Part shown: piece by piece, positions 54,320 to 64,000 of the stretch
How positions within the stretch are numbered: position 1 is the first letter of the stretch
Layout of the letters: every line of letters begins with the position of its first letter
NCBI GenBank assembly: GCA_963707985.1
Contig: CAVPRW010000022.1
Span: 96,001-160,000 of the forward strand
Reading direction: 5' to 3'
DNA length: 64,000 nt
Source of the DNA: an uncultured Nitrospinota bacterium
Lineage (GTDB): Bacteria; Tectomicrobia; Entotheonellia; J063; CAVPRW01
Position numbers and translations under genes: made by a program
The notes under the pieces: model-generated
What the model was told of the DNA's origin: nothing
The model's database searches: none
Seen by the model: only the letters and a program-made list of their open reading frames with translations

Positions 54320-55639
54320 ATGAAAGTCGATGTTCAAGAAGTGGGCGCTTGCGAGCGGCGGCTGGAGATCGAGATCCCCCCGGAGAATGTAAAAAAGGAG
54401 CTGGATCAGGCGTACCGCGAGCTCGCCAGGAAGGTGTCCATCCGCGGTTTCCGTAAAGGCAAAATCCCCCGCCCCGTGCTCGAACGCTACCACCGTACCA
54501 GCGTCGAGGATGAAGTCATGCAGAAACTGATCCCCAGCTCATTCCAGCAGGCGGTGAAGGATCAGGGACTGCGCGCAGTCGGCCAACCGAAGCTCGATGA
54601 TATCAACCTCAACGAGGAGAAGGCCCTCCGTTATACGGCAACCGTTGAGGTGCTTCCCGACATCGCACTGGAGACCGCCGGCGGCTGGGAGCTCATCAAG
54701 GAAGTACGCGTAGTAACCGATGCCGACGTTGAGCGCGAGCTCCAGGACCTGCAAAACCGGCATGTCAGCCTGGTATCGATCACTGAAGATCGGCCGGTGC
54801 AGGAAGGGGACTATGTGCTCATCAGCTTCGAAGGCTTTCGCGATGGGCAACCGGTCCAAGGTACCAAAACAGAGAACTACGCCCTCGTGGTCGGGTCGAA
54901 GTCGGTGATCGAGAGTGTTGAGCAGGGCCTCGTCGGGATGCGTAAAGGGGAAGTCCGGGAGATTCCGGTGCAGTTTCCCGAAACCTACCAGAACCGGTCG
55001 ATGGCGGGGCAGGAAGTCACCTTTCATGTCGTGGTCAATGAGATCAAGGAACGTGTCCTGCCCACGCTGAACGACGAGTTTGCCAAGGAAGCGGGCGGCG
55101 TCGACACCCTGACGGAGCTCACGCAGAAGCTGCGCAAAGACCAGGAGGAGATCGCCGAGCGCGAGGCGCGCCGGGCGTTGCATGAGGTGATCGTCGGACG
55201 CCTGGTCGAAACCAATCCCTTCGAGTTACCTCCCGGCATGGTCGAGGCCGAAACCGCGATGCACATCGCCGACCTGCAACGGCAATTGCGCGCACAACAG
55301 GGCGATGCCACCCCGCTGCAGATCAGCGATGAGGTGCGACAACAACTCCGCGAGCAGGCCATCACCCGCATCAAACGCGAGCTCATACTCGACGAGATCG
55401 CCAAGCGCGAAGGGCTCGCGGTCGAGGACGCCGACGTGGAAGCCCACCTGACGCGTTTGGCGGAACGGACGGAGCAGCGGCTGGAGTATATTCGGCGTCA
55501 GATGGAACAGTCGGGGGCACTCGACTCGATCCGCCACAATATCTTGGCGGACAAGGTGCTGGATTTCGTGGCGGCCCGGTGTACCGTCACCGAGGTGAGC
55601 AAACCGGCAGAGCCTGAGCCGTCCACTACACAAGCCTGA
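54320..55639 (+). CDS. tig: Trigger factor
   Basis: GFRKGKIP ribosome-binding motif, FKBP domain; tRNA-Leu-tig-clpP synteny. Confidence 0.96.
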   Translation: MKVDVQEVGACERRLEIEIPPENVKKELDQAYRELARKVSIRGFRKGKIPRPVLERYHRTSVEDEVMQKLIPSSFQQAVKDQGLRAVGQPKLDDINLNEEKALRYTATVEVLPDIALETAGGWELIKEVRVVTDADVERELQDLQNRHVSLVSITEDRPVQEGDYVLISFEGFRDGQPVQGTKTENYALVVGSKSVIESVEQGLVGMRKGEVREIPVQFPETYQNRSMAGQEVTFHVVVNEIKERVLPTLNDEFAKEAGGVDTLTELTQKLRKDQEEIAEREARRALHEVIVGRLVETNPFELPPGMVEAETAMHIADLQRQLRAQQGDATPLQISDEVRQQLREQAITRIKRELILDEIAKREGLAVEDADVEAHLTRLAERTEQRLEYIRRQMEQSGALDSIRHNILADKVLDFVAARCTVTEVSKPAEPEPSTTQA

Positions 55640-55672
55640 CCGGCACATCTGCCGGTAGGTAAAGGAGACAAT

Positions 55673-56287
55673 GTGTTGGTGCCAATGGTGATTGAACAGA
55701 CGAACCGTGGGGAGCGTGCTTACGATATCTATTCGCGGCTCCTCAAAGATCGCATCATCTTCCTGGGGACGCCGATCGACGATCATGTGGCTAACCTCAT
55801 AATCGCGCAGATGCTGTTTCTGGAGGCGGATGATCCCGAGCAAGATATTTTCCTCTACATCAACAGCCCAGGAGGCTATGTGACCTCGGGGCTGGCACTC
55901 TATGATACCATGCAGTATATCCGACCTGATGTTTCAACGATCTGCATCGGGCAGGCGGCCAGCATGGGCTCTCTGTTGCTGACAGCCGGCGCTAAGGGCA
56001 AGCGGTATAGCCTGCCGCATGCCCGGATTATGATCCATCAGCCAGCAGGCGGCTTCCAGGGGCAAGCGACGGATATCGAGATCCAGGCACGCGAGATCCT
56101 GCGCATCAAGGAGGCCCTGGACACGATCATGGCCAAGCACACCGGCCAAGACCTCGACCGCATCAAACGTGACACGGATCGCGATTTCTTCATGTCTGGT
56201 GAGCAGGCTAAGGAATACGGCCTCGTCGACGATGTCATCACCGTGCGTGGTCCGCGCAAGCTGTTCGAGACACCGAAAAGCTCATAG
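55673..56287 (+). CDS. clpP: ATP-dependent Clp protease proteolytic subunit
   Basis: [33 protein letters not shown]. Confidence 0.97.
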   Translation: MLVPMVIEQTNRGERAYDIYSRLLKDRIIFLGTPIDDHVANLIIAQMLFLEADDPEQDIFLYINSPGGYVTSGLALYDTMQYIRPDVSTICIGQAASMGSLLLTAGAKGKRYSLPHARIMIHQPAGGFQGQATDIEIQAREILRIKEALDTIMAKHTGQDLDRIKRDTDRDFFMSGEQAKEYGLVDDVITVRGPRKLFETPKSS

Positions 56288-56369
56288 ATCCGGCCCGAAG
56301 GCACCTGAGAAGTTTACCGGCTGAGCTTGTATGCAGCTAGCATCATAAGGCAGCAAAACTGGGATCACC

Positions 56370-56402
56370 GGCACGTAGCTTAGTGGGAGGGCGCTTGCTT
56401 GA
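56370..56402 (+). repeat. Direct-repeat copy of the 5' half of tRNA-Val (candidate att site)
   Basis: GGCACGTAGCTTAGTGGGAGGGCGCTTGCTTGA matches 62005-62037 at 31/33. Confidence 0.85.
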
Positions 56403-56886
56403 GCGCCTTCTCCCCTACAAAAAATTCCTTATGACTAATGGTTTTACCGAGGGTTTTTTGTTTGTCGGCTCGGTTGATGGGTGTGGTTTTCGGTTGTTGA
56501 CATGCTAACTCTTTCTTCCAGAGCGCTTTAGTATAATGGGTATAGCCTCGGAGATTTACACCCTCGTGAGTGAGTTGAATACCGTCTTCAAGAAATACGT
56601 CCCGAAAGTTCAGGACACCGGGGCATTAGATACCTAAAGCATGCGGCCGACGCCCCACACCTCAGCGCTAAACCCTATCCACTCTGCAGTATTAGGCATA
56701 TCTATATTTCGGAATGCCTGCCTCATGTTCGCGAGTTAGCGTCTTCCCGCTGCCATCCCATTTTGAGCCACAGCGTGAGCCGGCCGCTTAGATTGCATCC
56801 CCTGACAGTGGTCTGCTACAATCGCTTACCAAACCGTAGAATTCGGCATAACAACCGCTCTTCTGCCATCAGGATTGGGGAATACC

Positions 56887-58155
56887 ATGGCTGCCCCAGG
56901 GCGTACGCAGGTTTTCATCTGCTATAGTCATGAGGATGCCGAGTGGCTGAAACGACTCCAGATCATGCTGAGGCCTCTCACCCGCAACCATTCCCTCGAT
57001 ATCTGGGATGACACCCGCATCCAGGCCGGGAGCCAGTGGCGAGAGGAGATCCGGAAGGCCTTAAATGCGGCAAAAGTGGCGGTGCTCCTGGTAAGCCCCA
57101 ACTTCCTGGCATCGGATTTTGTCACCAATGATGAGCTCCCGACCCTGCTGAAAGCGGCTGAGAAGGGAGGACTGGCCATCCTCTGGGTGGCGGTGAGCCA
57201 CAGCCTGTACGAGGTCACAGACATTGCAGCGTACCAGGCGGCCAACAATCCCACGACCCCCTTGGATTCCCTAGGCCCTTCGGCGCTGAACGCGGAACTT
57301 GTAAAGATTGCGCTAAAGATTCGTGAAGCCGCCCCTCGTCCAAACTCACTGAGATCAGAGAGTTCACCAGCGAGCGCCGCCCAGCAGCGGCCTGTCATTT
57401 CTCCTGGGAGCATACAGCCGTTTGAACCGGAGATCATGCTCATCCCCGCAGGTGAGTTCCTGATGGGCAGCGATCGCCAACACGACGAGGCTGCGTTTAT
57501 TGATGAGGAACCCCAACACCGCCTCTATTTGCCCGACTACTACCTGGCAAAGACCCCGGTGACCAAGGCCCAGTACAGTGCCTTTGTTCTGGCCAGTGGC
57601 CGCGAGGCACCAAAGGGTTGGACCAACAGAACGCCCCCGCATGATGAGGAGGCTCATCCGGTGGTGTATGTCAGCTGGTACGACGCTAGGGACTATTGCC
57701 AGTGGTTGTCGAAGGTGACCGGACGAGGATACGATCTACCCAGCGAAGCGGAGTGGGAAAAGGGGGCACGGGGCACGAATAGCCGCATCTATCCCTGGGG
57801 AGACCGATGGCATGCTATGCGTTGCAACTCAGAGGAGACCGGCCAGGGTCAGACCACATCGGTCTATGCCTATCCTCAGGGAGCCAGCCCATATGGCTTG
57901 CTGGACACGGCCGGAAATGTGTTCGAATGGACGCGGAGTCGGTGGGGCACTGACTGGGGGCAGCCAACTTTTCGATATCCGTATACGCCAGACAATGGGC
58001 GGGAGGATGGTGACGCCTCTCCTGAGATGTTCCGTGTATTACGGGGCGGTGCGTTCGACAGTTCACCCCGGTTCGTGCGCTGTGCTTTTCGCCTCAGAAA
58101 TCTCCCGAACGACCGCGTTCGAAGCATCGGGTTTCGGGTGGTGGTACTTACGTGA
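56887..58155 (+). CDS. TIR domain / FGE-sulfatase (SUMF1, CLec-fold) protein
   Basis: [25 protein letters not shown]...[39 protein letters not shown]...GFRVV. Confidence 0.9.
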   Translation: MAAPGRTQVFICYSHEDAEWLKRLQIMLRPLTRNHSLDIWDDTRIQAGSQWREEIRKALNAAKVAVLLVSPNFLASDFVTNDELPTLLKAAEKGGLAILWVAVSHSLYEVTDIAAYQAANNPTTPLDSLGPSALNAELVKIALKIREAAPRPNSLRSESSPASAAQQRPVISPGSIQPFEPEIMLIPAGEFLMGSDRQHDEAAFIDEEPQHRLYLPDYYLAKTPVTKAQYSAFVLASGREAPKGWTNRTPPHDEEAHPVVYVSWYDARDYCQWLSKVTGRGYDLPSEAEWEKGARGTNSRIYPWGDRWHAMRCNSEETGQGQTTSVYAYPQGASPYGLLDTAGNVFEWTRSRWGTDWGQPTFRYPYTPDNGREDGDASPEMFRVLRGGAFDSSPRFVRCAFRLRNLPNDRVRSIGFRVVVLT

Positions 58156-58200
58156 TTCCTTTGGACACTGAGTCTCTGGGCTCTGATGCGCTTGCCTCGT

Positions 58201-58377
58201 CTACCCTGTGGTCAACTCTTGGGCACGATGGGGTGGCCCAAACTGTTTCGCCACGGCATCCTGCGAGACTCGATTGACGTGCCTCCTAAAGTAGCGCCCT
58301 TGCTGATTCTCACAAGCCACGAGTGCGAGCGGCAGCAACGCCAACGCAGCCAACCGTAGAATCCGTTGCACAGTCAT
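58201..58377 (-). pseudogene. Short or truncated lipoprotein
   Basis: AGGAGG RBS, signal peptide with LVAC lipobox, stop after 58 aa. Confidence 0.45.
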
Positions 58378-58849
58378 GTCCTCCTTCATCTTGCGTGTGC
58401 TCATCCCTCGCGGCCATGAGCGGAGCTGTTTCAGCTGTTGCTGGGCGATCGTCTGCGCGCGTACCTTCCTCAAGCCCATGTGGGCGTGTCCTGCCTATGG
58501 GATGGTCTGTCATGCGATGCGCCGATAGCTGTCCCCGAGGTTATGAAAGAATCCCTCTGGATATTATACAGGCATGAGCCCAAAGGATCTCATCCTCACG
58601 CACGACGAGGGAGGGTTGGTGGGGGCAGACACAGGCAGCGGGTGAGGTGGCTTCGTGAAGAGCCGCAGCCCTGCTCAAGGCCCCTGCGGGCACATAGGAA
58701 GACCAGGGCGAGGCCGGAACGTTGCTAATGGTTGACCTGTCCTCCCCGCCTTGCTATGCTCGACCTGATGTTGTGGCATGCCTGCCTCCTCCGGCCTTGT
58801 GTGCAAGCTAGACGTACGTCTGACACGGAGTTATCCTAGAGGAATCACC

Positions 58850-59818
58850 ATGAAGCGTCGCCATGTGGGGCTCCTCGTCCTCCTCGTCCTCGGCATCCTG
58901 CCAGCGCTGCATACCTCCCAGGCCCTAGTGGGGCGCATCTCGGTGATCGGGATCCTCATGCCCACCTCTGCGGAGGTAGCCGCCCCGGCGCTGCAGGCCT
59001 TTCGGCAGGCACTCGGCACGCTCGGCTATCAGGAGGGTCAGACCTTCGTCTTCGAGCCCCGCTTTGCGGATGGGGTGTATGAGCGCGTGCCGGCTCTGGC
59101 AGCAGAGCTGGTACGGCTCCGGGTCGACGTGCTGCTGGCTGGAAGTCCCGCCATGATTCGGGCCACCACGCAGGCGACCAGCACGATTCCCATCGTCGGC
59201 ATTGGGGTTCGCACTGGGCTTTTCGCCCGCTTTACTCAACAGGGCGCGAACCTGACGGGAGTCGGCACCGGCGGAGAGGAAGTGTATCGCCGGGCACAGG
59301 CGCTGCTCCAAGCCGTCGTGCCGGGCGTCTCCCGCGTGTCCATCCTCTGGGATGCCCATAGCCCCGTCACCGGCCAGACTTGGCTCAGGCTGGCGGCTCG
59401 ACTGACGGGAGTCCGCTTGCACTTGGTGGAGGTCCACGGGCCGCAGGACTTCGAGCGGGCCATCGCCACGGCGCGCACCGAGCAGGCTGACGCCCTCATC
59501 GTGCCGGCGTCCGGGCTATTTGCCATGGACCCCACCCGCATCGGTATCCTGGCCGTGCAGAACCGACTGCCGACCTTGGGCCCGATCCGGGAGTTTGCCG
59601 AGGCGGGCTGCCTGATGACCTATGGGCCGAACACGGCCGAGATGTTCCGGAGGGCCGCCATCTACGTGGACAAGATCCTGAAGGGGTCGAAGCCAGCCGA
59701 CCTCCCCGTGGAACCTCCATCAAAATTCGAGCTGGCAATCAACCTGAAGACGGCTCAGGCCCTGGGCCTCACCATCCCCACGACGCTCCGCGCCCAGGCG
59801 GATGAACTGATCCAATGA
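58850..59818 (+). CDS. ABC transporter substrate-binding-like protein (ABC_sub_bind family), stand-alone
   Basis: LAAELVRLRVDVL, YVDKILKGSKPADLPVE, INLKTAQALGLTIP; TTGACC-N17-TATGCT upstream. Confidence 0.88.
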   Translation: MKRRHVGLLVLLVLGILPALHTSQALVGRISVIGILMPTSAEVAAPALQAFRQALGTLGYQEGQTFVFEPRFADGVYERVPALAAELVRLRVDVLLAGSPAMIRATTQATSTIPIVGIGVRTGLFARFTQQGANLTGVGTGGEEVYRRAQALLQAVVPGVSRVSILWDAHSPVTGQTWLRLAARLTGVRLHLVEVHGPQDFERAIATARTEQADALIVPASGLFAMDPTRIGILAVQNRLPTLGPIREFAEAGCLMTYGPNTAEMFRRAAIYVDKILKGSKPADLPVEPPSKFELAINLKTAQALGLTIPTTLRAQADELIQ

Positions 59819-60550
59819 CGCTGGACATGGACGCATGAGCCAAGTCCGCTCGTCTCGGCCCCTGCTTATCTGTGGCACCTCGCTCTGCTAATCTATGCCT
59901 ATACCTGCATTTATTCTGGCAGCGCCCGTTCCAACTCCTCCAGTGCATCGCCGAGAGCCAGGGGCTGCGGCCCTATGACCTCCATCAACTTTACCTGACT
60001 TGTAGGCTTTCGCAGATAGGCGTTGACGTAGCATGGCTTCGACGACATGACGGTTCTCCGACCCACTCACCTTAATGAGATTGTTTGTGGGTCGCCTTGG
60101 TCGGGACCGGACGTTTTATCTCTTCAAGGCGAGTGAGCGTCCAAAGCTGCCAAGTGACCTAGCGGGCACAACGGGCGTCGAATATTCGAATATATAGTAG
60201 CCAGGCCCAAGTCATGGAAGGCGTTTATCTTCGGCTTAGTGAGCGGACCGGCAAGCTCAGAAATCTAACAGTGCCGAGTGGGGTGTTTCGCACCTGGCCG
60301 TCCGCGCAGAGGCCAGTCCCACCTGTCGACCGGCCTCAACGATACCCGCTAGACGCCCAGAATCGCCCTACGATCAATGAGCGACCATCAGGGATGAACT
60401 CAGTTCCCCTGCTCTGTGTCATCCCCACTTGACCAGCCACGTGCGCCCGCTTTGATTGCTTCCTGCCCACTGGTCTGCTAGAATCCGCTGCCAAACGACA
60501 CACCTCACCACGTCAACCGCTCTTCCACCGTGAGGATTGGGGGGTATTCC

Positions 60551-61880
60551 GTGCCTGCCCCAGAACGCACGAAGGTGTTCATCAGCTATAGCCGTCTGGA
60601 TGCCAGATGGTTGCAGCGATTCCAGACGATGCTCAAGCCCCTCGAACGAAATCATACCATCACCGTCTGGGATGATACGAAAATTAAGGCTGGGGCGGAG
60701 TGGAAGTCAGAGATTGAGAAGGAGCTGGCCTCAGCACGCGTGGCGGTGCTCCTGGTGAGTCCCAATTTCCTGGCCTCGGACTTCATAGCCAACAGTGAGG
60801 TACCTCCCTTGTTGAAGGCGGCCAAGGATGATGGCCTGACCATCCTGTGGGTCGCGGTGAGTGCAAGCTTGTACAGGCGAACGGACATTGCGAAGTACCA
60901 AGCGGCGAACGATCCGGCGCGGCCATTAGATCGCTTAAGCGCGGGGGGCGTTGAATCAGGAGCTGGTGAAGATTGCTGAGATGATCGCAGAGGCTGCAAG
61001 CCATCCATGCGATCCGAGTGCAGGATACCTCCGCAGAGGACGCTCCTCAAGGGCGAGAGACGCCCAGATCGGGTGTTCAGGAATTTCCTCCTCCGACCTC
61101 CAGTGCAACTCCCGAAACACCACCGGATCATCCCGAGGGGGCGACGCCACAGACCCCACCTGAAGGGACTTCCACTGCTGTGCCTTCAGAGGTGCGACGC
61201 GCAGCTGGAGCGGATGCGGTCAAGCGATCTGGATGTCCGCGAGCGTGTGGCGGCTGGCAATGCCCTGGCGCAACAAGGCGACCCGCGCTTCCGCGCCGAT
61301 GCCTGGTACTTACCCGATGAGCCGCTGCTGGGCTTTGTCGAGATTCCCGCGGGGCCGTTTCTCATGGGGAGCGATAAGGCCCATGATCCGGGTGCGTTTG
61401 ACGATGAGCTCCCGCAGCACGAGGTCACGCTGCCACGCTATTTCATCGGCCGCTATCCGGTGACGGTGGCGCAGTTTCGGGCGTTTGTCGAGGGTAGGGG
61501 CTCTCGGCCGGAAAACCCAGAGAGCGTGCAGGGATTCGCCAATCATCCCGTGGTGTTTGTGAGCTGGTACGAAGCCCAACACTACTGCGACTGGCTCACC
61601 GAACGGCTGCGAGCATGGCCGGGGACGCCGGAGCCTCTGGCGAGCTCTCATACGCCACGAAGGCTGGCAGGTCGGCTTGCCAAGCGAAGCGGAGTGGGAG
61701 AAGGCGGCACGCGGCCCGATGGGCGCATCTATCCCTGGGAATGATCCGGACACCGATCGGGCGAATTACGAAATCACGGGCATCAATAGCACTAGTGCAG
61801 TAGGATGTTTCCCCGGTGGGGCAAGCCCCTATGGCGTCGAGGACTTGAGCGGCAATGTCTGGGAATGGACGCGGAGTCCG
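60551..61880 (+). pseudogene. Second TIR / HEAT-like / FGE-sulfatase gene, frameshifted and 3'-truncated
   Basis: [65 protein letters not shown], then no RGGS..GFR end. Confidence 0.8.
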
Positions 61881-61963
61881 GAGGGGTTCTCCCCTCTGGT
61901 CGTCCGCGGTGTGTCTACGAAAAACCGCCTAACTGTGACGGAGACTCTTATGACGGAAACCCC

Positions 61964-61992
61964 TTGACGACCTTCGTGTAACTGTGTAGTAT
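61964..61992 (+). promoter_or_regulatory. sigma70 promoter TTGACG-N17-TAGTAT of tRNA-Val (and probably thrS)
   Basis: Near consensus, 11 bp before the tRNA 5' end. Confidence 0.7.
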
Positions 61993-62003
61993 TGTGCACT
62001 CAT

Positions 62004-62078
62004 AGGCACGTAGCTCAGTGGGAGAGCGCTTGCTTGACGCGCAAGAGGTCGGCGGTTCAATCCCGCCCGTGCCTACCA
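62004..62078 (+). tRNA. tRNA-Val(GAC)
   Basis: AGGCACG/CGTGCCT acceptor, CTTGC-TTGACGC-GCAAG, encoded CCA. Confidence 0.95.
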
Positions 62079-62160
62079 GCTCCCTTCGTACACAATCATG
62101 TATTCCTGCGCTTCTACTCCCCGTCGGCAGGAGTTGAGCCACCAAGAAGGATCAGCGCCC

Positions 62161-64000
62161 ATGCCAGAGCGCGATATCAGCATTACACTTCAGGACGGCT
62201 CGCAGCGTCGTGTGCCGGCCGGGACTCCGGCGCTGGAAGTGTTGTGTGGGCCATCCCAGCAAGTGCCTGACGACCTGATCGCGGCGCGCGTGAATGGTAA
62301 ATCCTGGGATCTCGCCAGGCCTCTCACCGACGACGCCAAGGTCGAGCCCATCATGTGGGACGACCCCGAGGGGCAGCGGATCTACCACCATAGCACGACT
62401 CACATCATGGCGCAGGCCGTCAAAGCGCTTTTCCCCGAGACCAAAATTACCATCGGCCCCGCCATCGATGACGGTTTCTACTACGATTTCGACCGCCCAG
62501 AGCCGTTCACGCCGGAAGATTTGGAACGCATCGAATCCAAGATGCGCGAGATCATCGCCGCTGACTACACGGTCCACCGTATGGAGTGGCCACGGGCACA
62601 GGTGCGGGACTACTTCGGGCAGCGTGCTGAAGACTATAAGGTCGAGCTCCTCAGTGAATTCGAAGGGGACGTCTTCAGTTGCTACCAGCAGGGGGACTTC
62701 ATCGACCTGTGCATCGGGCCACATGTCCATTCCACGGGCTGCATCAACGCGATCAAGTTGCTCAAGGTCGCTGGAGCCTATTGGCGGGGCGATGAGCATA
62801 AGCAGATGTTGCAGCGCATCTACGGCACCTCCTGGCCCTCGGAGGAGATGCTGCAGCAATATCTACATAAGCAGGAAGAAGCCCGTAAGCGGGATCACCG
62901 TGTGTTGGGCCGCCAATTGGACCTGTTCTCGATTAACGAGATGGTAGGACCTGGGCTGGTGCTCTGGCATCCCAAGGGCGCGATGGTCCGCTATGTGATC
63001 GAGAGCTTCTGGCGTGAAGAGCACCTGCGCCGCCGCTATGATTTGGTGTATACGCCCCATGTAGGACGCATTCAGCTCTGGGAAACGAGCGGCCATCTTG
63101 GCTGGTACAAGGAAAATATGTTTGCCGCCATGGAGATGGAAGGGCAGGATTACATGGCCAAGCCGATGAATTGCCCCTTCCATATCCAGGTGTACCAGTC
63201 GAAGCTGCGCAGCTACCGCGAGCTGCCGGTGCGTTTGTTCGAGCTCGGCACGGTATACCGCTATGAGCGCGGTGGGGTGTTGCATGGTCTGCTGCGCGTC
63301 CGCGGCCTGACGCAGGATGATGCGCACATTTTCTGCCGACCTGATCAAATCAATGCCGAGGTCGAAGGAGTGCTGGATCTCGTGTTCTTCATGATGAAGT
63401 CGTTCGGGTTCGAGCAATATAAGATCGATCTGTCGCTGCGTGATGCCAAGGATCGGACCAAGTACATCGGCAGCGATGAGGTCTGGGACCAGGCAGAGCA
63501 GGCCCTCGAGACCACCTTGCAGCACATGGGCCTCCCCTATAAGCGTGCCGCCGGCGAGGCCAACTTTTATGGCCCGAAGATCGACATCATGCTGGTCGAT
63601 GCGATCGGACGCGAATGGCAGCTACCCACCGTGCAGCTCGATTTCCAGTTGCCGGAGCGCTTCGACCTGACATATATGGGGGAAGATGGCAAGCACCATC
63701 GTACGGTAATGATTCATCGGGCCATTCTGGGGAGCATCGAGCGTTTCTTCGGCATCTTGATCGAACACTATGCTGGTGCCTTTCCCGTGTGGCTGGCGCC
63801 GGTGCAGGTCCGTCTCATGACCATCACCGATCGGCAGCGAGAGTACGTCAGCCAGGTGGGTGAGCGATTGGTGGCTGCCGGCATTCGAGCCGAGACCGAT
63901 CTGCGCAACGAGAAAATCTCCTATAAGATCCGTGAGGCGCAAACCGAGAAAATCCCGTATATGCTGGTGGTGGGCGACCGTGAGGTGGCCGCCGGCAAAG
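62161..64000 (+). CDS. thrS: Threonine--tRNA ligase (runs off window)
   Basis: HSTTHIMAQAV, GPAIDDGFYYDF, RDHRVLG, KPMNCP, RVRGLTQDDAH, MIHRAILGSIERF. Confidence 0.97.
   Translation, partial: MPERDISITLQDGSQRRVPAGTPALEVLCGPSQQVPDDLIAARVNGKSWDLARPLTDDAKVEPIMWDDPEGQRIYHHSTTHIMAQAVKALFPETKITIGPAIDDGFYYDFDRPEPFTPEDLERIESKMREIIAADYTVHRMEWPRAQVRDYFGQRAEDYKVELLSEFEGDVFSCYQQGDFIDLCIGPHVHSTGCINAIKLLKVAGAYWRGDEHKQMLQRIYGTSWPSEEMLQQYLHKQEEARKRDHRVLGRQLDLFSINEMVGPGLVLWHPKGAMVRYVIESFWREEHLRRRYDLVYTPHVGRIQLWETSGHLGWYKENMFAAMEMEGQDYMAKPMNCPFHIQVYQSKLRSYRELPVRLFELGTVYRYERGGVLHGLLRVRGLTQDDAHIFCRPDQINAEVEGVLDLVFFMMKSFGFEQYKIDLSLRDAKDRTKYIGSDEVWDQAEQALETTLQHMGLPYKRAAGEANFYGPKIDIMLVDAIGREWQLPTVQLDFQLPERFDLTYMGEDGKHHRTVMIHRAILGSIERFFGILIEHYAGAFPVWLAPVQVRLMTITDRQREYVSQVGERLVAAGIRAETDLRNEKISYKIREAQTEKIPYMLVVGDREVAAGK

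Noticed and set aside
56400..62000. Complete DGR locus
   Set aside because: No reverse transcriptase, Avd or AAC-rich template repeat visible in the window

Overview
GC-rich bacterial chromosomal window. Gene-family content (expanded cyclase-STAND-TPR proteins, ABC_sub_bind lipoprotein, TIR-FGE proteins) is reminiscent of Ca. Tectomicrobia/Entotheonella- or Rokubacteria-like genomes; this is inference only. Core genes: a DRG-type GTPase, a bS22-type ribosomal protein, bshC-bshA, tRNA-Lys/tRNA-Leu-tig-clpP and tRNA-Val-thrS. They are interleaved with decaying accessory DNA. Highlights: (1) An 8-23 kb cluster of NLR-like STAND-TPR proteins. Two carry an N-terminal sigma54 activator (AAA+ GAFTDA + Fis HTH) and a dead cyclase domain. 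A paired palindrome (CCCC-AYTTMT-GGG, 42 bp apart) lies about 130-140 bp from a divergent -24/-12 element and occurs twice. (2) A 5.6 kb TIR-FGE(CLec) island bounded by a 5'-half copy of tRNA-Val and the intact tRNA-Val. Nearby, an integrase has its stop codon inside the 5' end of tRNA-Lys. (3) A toxin-antitoxin patch in which TA pairs directly follow serine-recombinase remnants. Also present: an IS5-like element with TIRs and TSD, an IS6-type MITE, an ISL3 remnant and several internally deleted pseudogenes. Many accessory genes carry single-base frameshifts, which may be real decay or sequencing error. No CRISPR array, rRNA or reverse transcriptase was seen.
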